64,000 nucleotides of DNA from Psammoneis japonica (taxonomy: Eukaryota), in assembly GCA_008632985.1 (NCBI GenBank), contig QPGO01000007.1:806001-870000 (forward strand), in the 5' to 3' direction. The notes beneath the pieces are model-generated. The model saw nothing but the letters and a program-made list of their open reading frames with translations, was not told the DNA's origin and made no database searches. The stretch's first letter is position 1; each line of letters opens with the position of its first letter. Positions 59,880-64,000 of the stretch are shown here, piece after piece. The position numbers and the translations under genes were made by a program.

Positions 59880-62800
59880 TTGGGTGTTGAGGTGTGGGTC
59901 CGGCGACGTTGGAATCGGCGCGGCAATTGTTGCCGGTGGTGGAGTTGGCTGGGGTGCATGGGTTGGCACCCGACTGGATGCCAATTGCTCCAATGGGTGT
60001 GGTGGTGCCGTTGCGGCACGCACTGGCTGTAAGTCAGCCAGGTCTGCTGCCGTCTTGGCAGCGGCGCTGAAACACGGTGGCGAACAGGCCCATCCCACAG
60101 GGAGCCGTGTGGGTGTGGCCACCAATGGGGGTTCTCCCGGCAGGTGTGGGAAAACCACCCCGAGTCGTTGGGCGTCATCGGGGTTAAGGTGCATCCGATA
60201 GAAGCCGTCAGCGAGGTCGACTTTCACAAGGTAAACCCGGCCGTGCGATGGATTTGCCAGCAAGATGCGGCGCAGCAAACGGTCCAAGGTGCGTCCGAAC
60301 TGCATGGCCTCCATTGGGGTGTTGGGCTGAGTCGCGTCGTTGGTGCCGTAGAAAGTGCAGTCAACGATCGGTCGTGGTCGCCGACCGCACTGGGGCACCA
60401 CGCCGATGGGGCTCAGATGCAATCCTGGGGTGTCCTTTATTTCCTCATGTGGGAGGACCACCCAGAAACCCTTGTCAATGTAGTCGGCCATGTCCTCCCG
60501 CAGGAACTCGACATGCTCGTAAGCGGACTTGTGTGGCCCCCTGGCCAAACTTGCTTCAAGCTCTTGAGGTGTCCAAGGTGCGTCTGCGAGGGTTGTGGGG
60601 ACACCGCGGCATTTGCAGCTTTGCAGCAGCCTGTGGGCTGGGTGCTTTCGTGTGCGGCGCAATGGACCCCAGTCCCCTCTGCCGCTGCGGCGACGCAACA
60701 AGCAGCCCAGTCCTCCAAGGCGCAGCAATTTTGTGTCACGTAACATTTGCTTGCCCAGTTTGTCAGTCTGTACAGCGTTTGCAATGGCCTGCGTGCGCGA
60801 AGCACTACGGTCATTGCTGTCTGAGAATCTCTCCACCTGCGGGGGTGGCGGCACTGCCAATGATGCTGATGGCAGCTGAAAAGGCTCTCGGCCCAGAGCC
60901 CCCGAACTCGGGCCGTTGCCGAAGACCTGTTCAGTCTTCCAATGCTCCGTTGCCCACGTGAGGAGGTTCGCCTGGTCGCTCTCCGCGTGGTTGTCACGAT
61001 GGTCTGTGACACAACCACAGTTGGAGTTGCGCTGCCCTTTCAAGTGATGCAGGAGGCACCGTGGGTTTCCTTGCGTGTCGACCGGCAGGGCGACCCCATT
61101 CTGAGTGCACCGCCGCTTTACCTCCCGTGACCCAACGTTGGGACGATCACGGACGGCATTGAACCGTTCGTCGCATTGGGGGTTGCGTGCTGGCGTGTTG
61201 TCGCCCGGCGCGCCTGGGCGAGGGTTTTGTGAGGCACCACCCACGGGCTGGGTCAACGTGGGAGTCGTGGCAGCTGGGGGGGGCGTGCTGCCGGACACCA
61301 GTGCAATTGCAGGGGGCAGCGTGTAACGCCACGAGTCGTTCCCCTTCGAAGCATCGCCCACTGCTCGGCGCGCATGGAAAGGGACGGCGGCGTTGCAGGC
61401 TGTCTCCTGCAGCCAGAACCACGACATGAGCTCCACCTGCACATGCCGCTGCATGTTCGCCACCAGCGTTGGGTTCCGGGAGCACTCCACAGCTGAGTCC
61501 TCAGCGCACGTGTCCAGGTCCTCCCGGGAATCCGTGAAATGCTGGACCACAGGGTGTCCCGCTCCCAGCAATGTTGCGAGTGCGACGCGGGTGCCTTCCA
61601 AACAATGTTGGAGAGATTCGATGGTGGTGGTTGCGCGAGCGTCGTCCGGAGTTTCCAGCACCATGGTGTCGGTGAGGCTGGGCCGGCTGTCACCTCCGTG
61701 GATTTGGCGGCACATGGCAGCGCGGTGTGTGATCTGCTGCGCTTGCTCCGGGGTCGTGAGACCAAATTGACACGGGTTGACTCCTTGGGCGGGGTCATCC
61801 CTGTTGTCTCCTGCAAAGTTGAGGCTCATCAATTTCGACACCAAACTCACAGTGACAGGGATGCGGAAACGCACTCCCAAAGCGCGGCGCGTCTCATCGA
61901 CTGCGTTCTGGACTTCGGTGATGCGTCCCGCCTTGGAAGCCCGCGCGAGGCGTGGCCACACAGGCGGCAGCTGATCTTCAGTGCATGCTTGGCAGAGCCT
62001 CATGAGCTTGTACACACCTGGATCTCCGAATGCTTGCACCGGCATCTTTCCTTGCTCGGCGGCTCGTTGGCGTGCCTGTGCGTCCATGCAAGATTGATGC
62101 TGCTCGGTCGTGAGTCCATCGATCGCCCTCACCACTGGTGCGATGTGATGGGGCGGAAGTGCAAGCTCGTTCCGCCCTGGCAGGTCAAGATTGACCTTCT
62201 GGTCGAAGTGCCGCATGAGCACTGCATTCGGGGGCTGGGGCATGGTGAGCCACTCTCGCGCAATGGCCGACATGTGGGGGTCCGCCGCCGTGGCGGTGCA
62301 TGCAACCTTGAGACAGTCCAACAAGGGACGTGTCGCGTCGACCTCATTCCTGGCCGCAGCCGCTCCAAAAATCTGTGTGAAGGCTTGCTTCGGGGACAGC
62401 CCCCCTGGGAGAAGTACGTTCATGCAGGCGAACGGGACGTGCATCGCAAGTCGAGTGCGTGCTTCCACCGTGTTTGCTGCGTTCGGGTCCGCGGGGTCTG
62501 CCAACCCTTCAGGGTGCGCCGTGATCTCTGTTGCCATCCCCGCATCATCTGGGACAAATGTGCCAGCGGCGGCAAGACCCATCTCCTCTGGCGGATGCGG
62601 GACCACTGTGAACTGGTTGGCGACCAGGTCCCCGGCCAGGGCGCAGGCATTTCCGTCCCACGGCTGTGCAGGCCCAATGACGGCAGTCGGGCAGGTTGAA
62701 ACGCGGTGGTGCACCTGAATCGACCCTTCATCGGGTGCGCCCTGCGCACAGCAGAGGCGCACTGACGCCATCGGCACGTTGTGCTCGGACGCCGCCGACA

Positions 62801-63243
62801 CCCTCTGTGCCAGGGCCTGAGGGTTGTAACGAGAGGCCCCCTGCACACGGGCGGCAAAGTCAATCATGGGCTCCGTGTAGACTCCTTGGTGGGGGTCCTT
62901 GGTGTTCGTCGCGAAGAAATCGTGGCAAGTTCGGAGGTTCCCCTGTTGGGGAACCTGAGCTGCACCGGCCTGCTGTGCCGGTTGGGCAGCTGCCTGTGGC
63001 TGCACGCCCGGCCCTCCTTGCGGCGCTTGGCCAGCAGGCACACCCGGTGGTGGCTGGGCTGGTTGCCCTGCTTGTGGCACGGGATGCACCGGCAGTGGCG
63101 GTGCGCCCGGTGGTGGTTGCGGTGGCTGCCCAGGCGGTTGCCCGTCACCGTGATTCACGGCGTTTGGCGGTTGGTCACTCACACTGCGTGCCGTGTCGAA
63201 TTCTTTCTGCGATGGAACAAAGACGGCGGAGGTGTCCTGCATC
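59880..63243 (-). CDS. Gag-like ORF fused in frame to the RT N-terminus of the DIRS/Ngaro element
   Basis: ATG at 63243 (MQDTSAVF). Pro/Gln-rich N-terminus. Cys/His knuckle 'RCLLHHLKGQRNSNCGCVTDH'. Followed by RT motifs. Confidence 0.7.
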
Positions 63244-63425
63244 GCGGTCTTGTGGCGATTAAACCATGCTGACGACCGTGGCTTGTCTTTGTCGATCTTG
63301 AAAGAATGAGACAGACCGGTGACCGAAGAAAAACAACAACCAACCCTTGCAGCACGTTCAACGTGCGCACGTGGTTCAATGGGCAATGGGTCTTCTCCCT
63401 GATTCTGGCACTGGATGAGGACAGC

Positions 63426-64000
63426 AATTGACACTGACGTTGCCAGCTTCTGCCAAAGAAACTGACGTTCACGATTGCAAAGTTCCACTTTCTCCTTGAC
63501 AGTGTGAAAAATGAGGTTTGGGTTGTTGCAAGCTTGCTCCAACACGAGTGCCCAAATGCCATCAGGCACCTCTTGATCGCGCACCACTCACAAAATGTTT
63601 CGGCAAAGTTTGATTTCCGCCCTCAGGTCCTCATCCATGCCTTCCCACAAAGCACAATGTTCAGCAGTCCAATTCTGCTTCATGCCTTTTACCAGCACAG
63701 CCTTGCCAACGTCACCAAAAGAGTTTTGCTCAAAATCCACCTCTTCGAGCTTGTTGCTTCGCACAAACATCTCGCCCAATGCTTTCGCACCTTCATCTCC
63801 AATGTCGTTCCCACCAAGGAAATTTTTTTTAATGGATGTGTCATTTTCAAGCTTTCGTGCCAACGATTTGGCTCCCTCATCTTCAATGGAGCAGAGCAAC
63901 AAATGTGCAGTTTTGATGGAGGAACTCTTCTGTGGAAAGTCTCCGATGCACTCTGCACCCTCGCCCCCGATTGGATTTTGGGAGAAGCCAACAGACTCCA
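63426..64000 (-). pseudogene. Leucine-rich-repeat (RI/NLRC3-like) gene disrupted by the DIRS element; 3' tail lies at ~56811-56925
   Basis: 'IEDEGAKSLARKLEND..LGGNDIGDEGAKALGEM..LEEVDFEQNSFGDVG'. In-frame TGA at 63588. Reading frame continues across the reconstructed empty site. Confidence 0.75.

Larger units (their letters stand above)
56926..63425 (-). mobile_element. Complete tyrosine-recombinase retrotransposon (DIRS order, Ngaro/PAT-type split direct repeats)
   Basis: Sense order A1(63425-63255), gag, RT, RNase H, YR, B1(57529-57323), A2(57324-57154), B2(57132-56926). RT motifs 'KVDLADGFYR', 'LPVGW..SP' and YVDD (~59835). Confidence 0.92.

Noticed and set aside
59652..63587. 1311-aa ORF as one genuine protein
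   Set aside because: It is a chimera of LRR-gene sequence, the A1 repeat, gag and RT, and it shifts out of frame before the YVDD motif.
1..64000. Alternative genetic code, or classical RIP / CpG decay alone, as the explanation for Tyr>Cys/His changes
   Set aside because: Host genes use the standard code with normal Tyr. RIP would increase TpA. CpG decay cannot convert TAY codons, and the DIRS element retains CpG.

Overview
Eukaryotic nuclear DNA, most likely from a pennate diatom. Evidence: short GT-AG introns, bipartite plastid-targeting presequences, and CoDi-type Copia, Gypsy and DIRS/Ngaro elements. Islands of intact genes alternate with blocks of decayed transposons. The genes are an orphan protein, a small mitochondrial protein, an F-box/LON-N protein, UBC13, a secreted metallophosphoesterase, RPS3, a plastid RRM protein, RPL26, a plastid class II FBA and pyruvate kinase. 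The transposons are 2 Copia, 3 Gypsy, 2 non-LTR and 1 complete tyrosine-recombinase retroelement with split direct repeats. The most striking signal is compositional: repeat blocks have lost almost all TpA dinucleotides, converted to TpG or CpA (A>G on either strand). This shows directly between paired repeat copies and as Tyr>Cys/His changes at conserved residues. It spares YTAR contexts, appears to precede CpG decay, erases stop codons and spreads into neighbouring host genes. It looks like a repeat-targeted hypermutation process running opposite to fungal RIP. Counts are by eye, family assignments rest on motif recognition without database searches, and boundaries of decayed elements are approximate.
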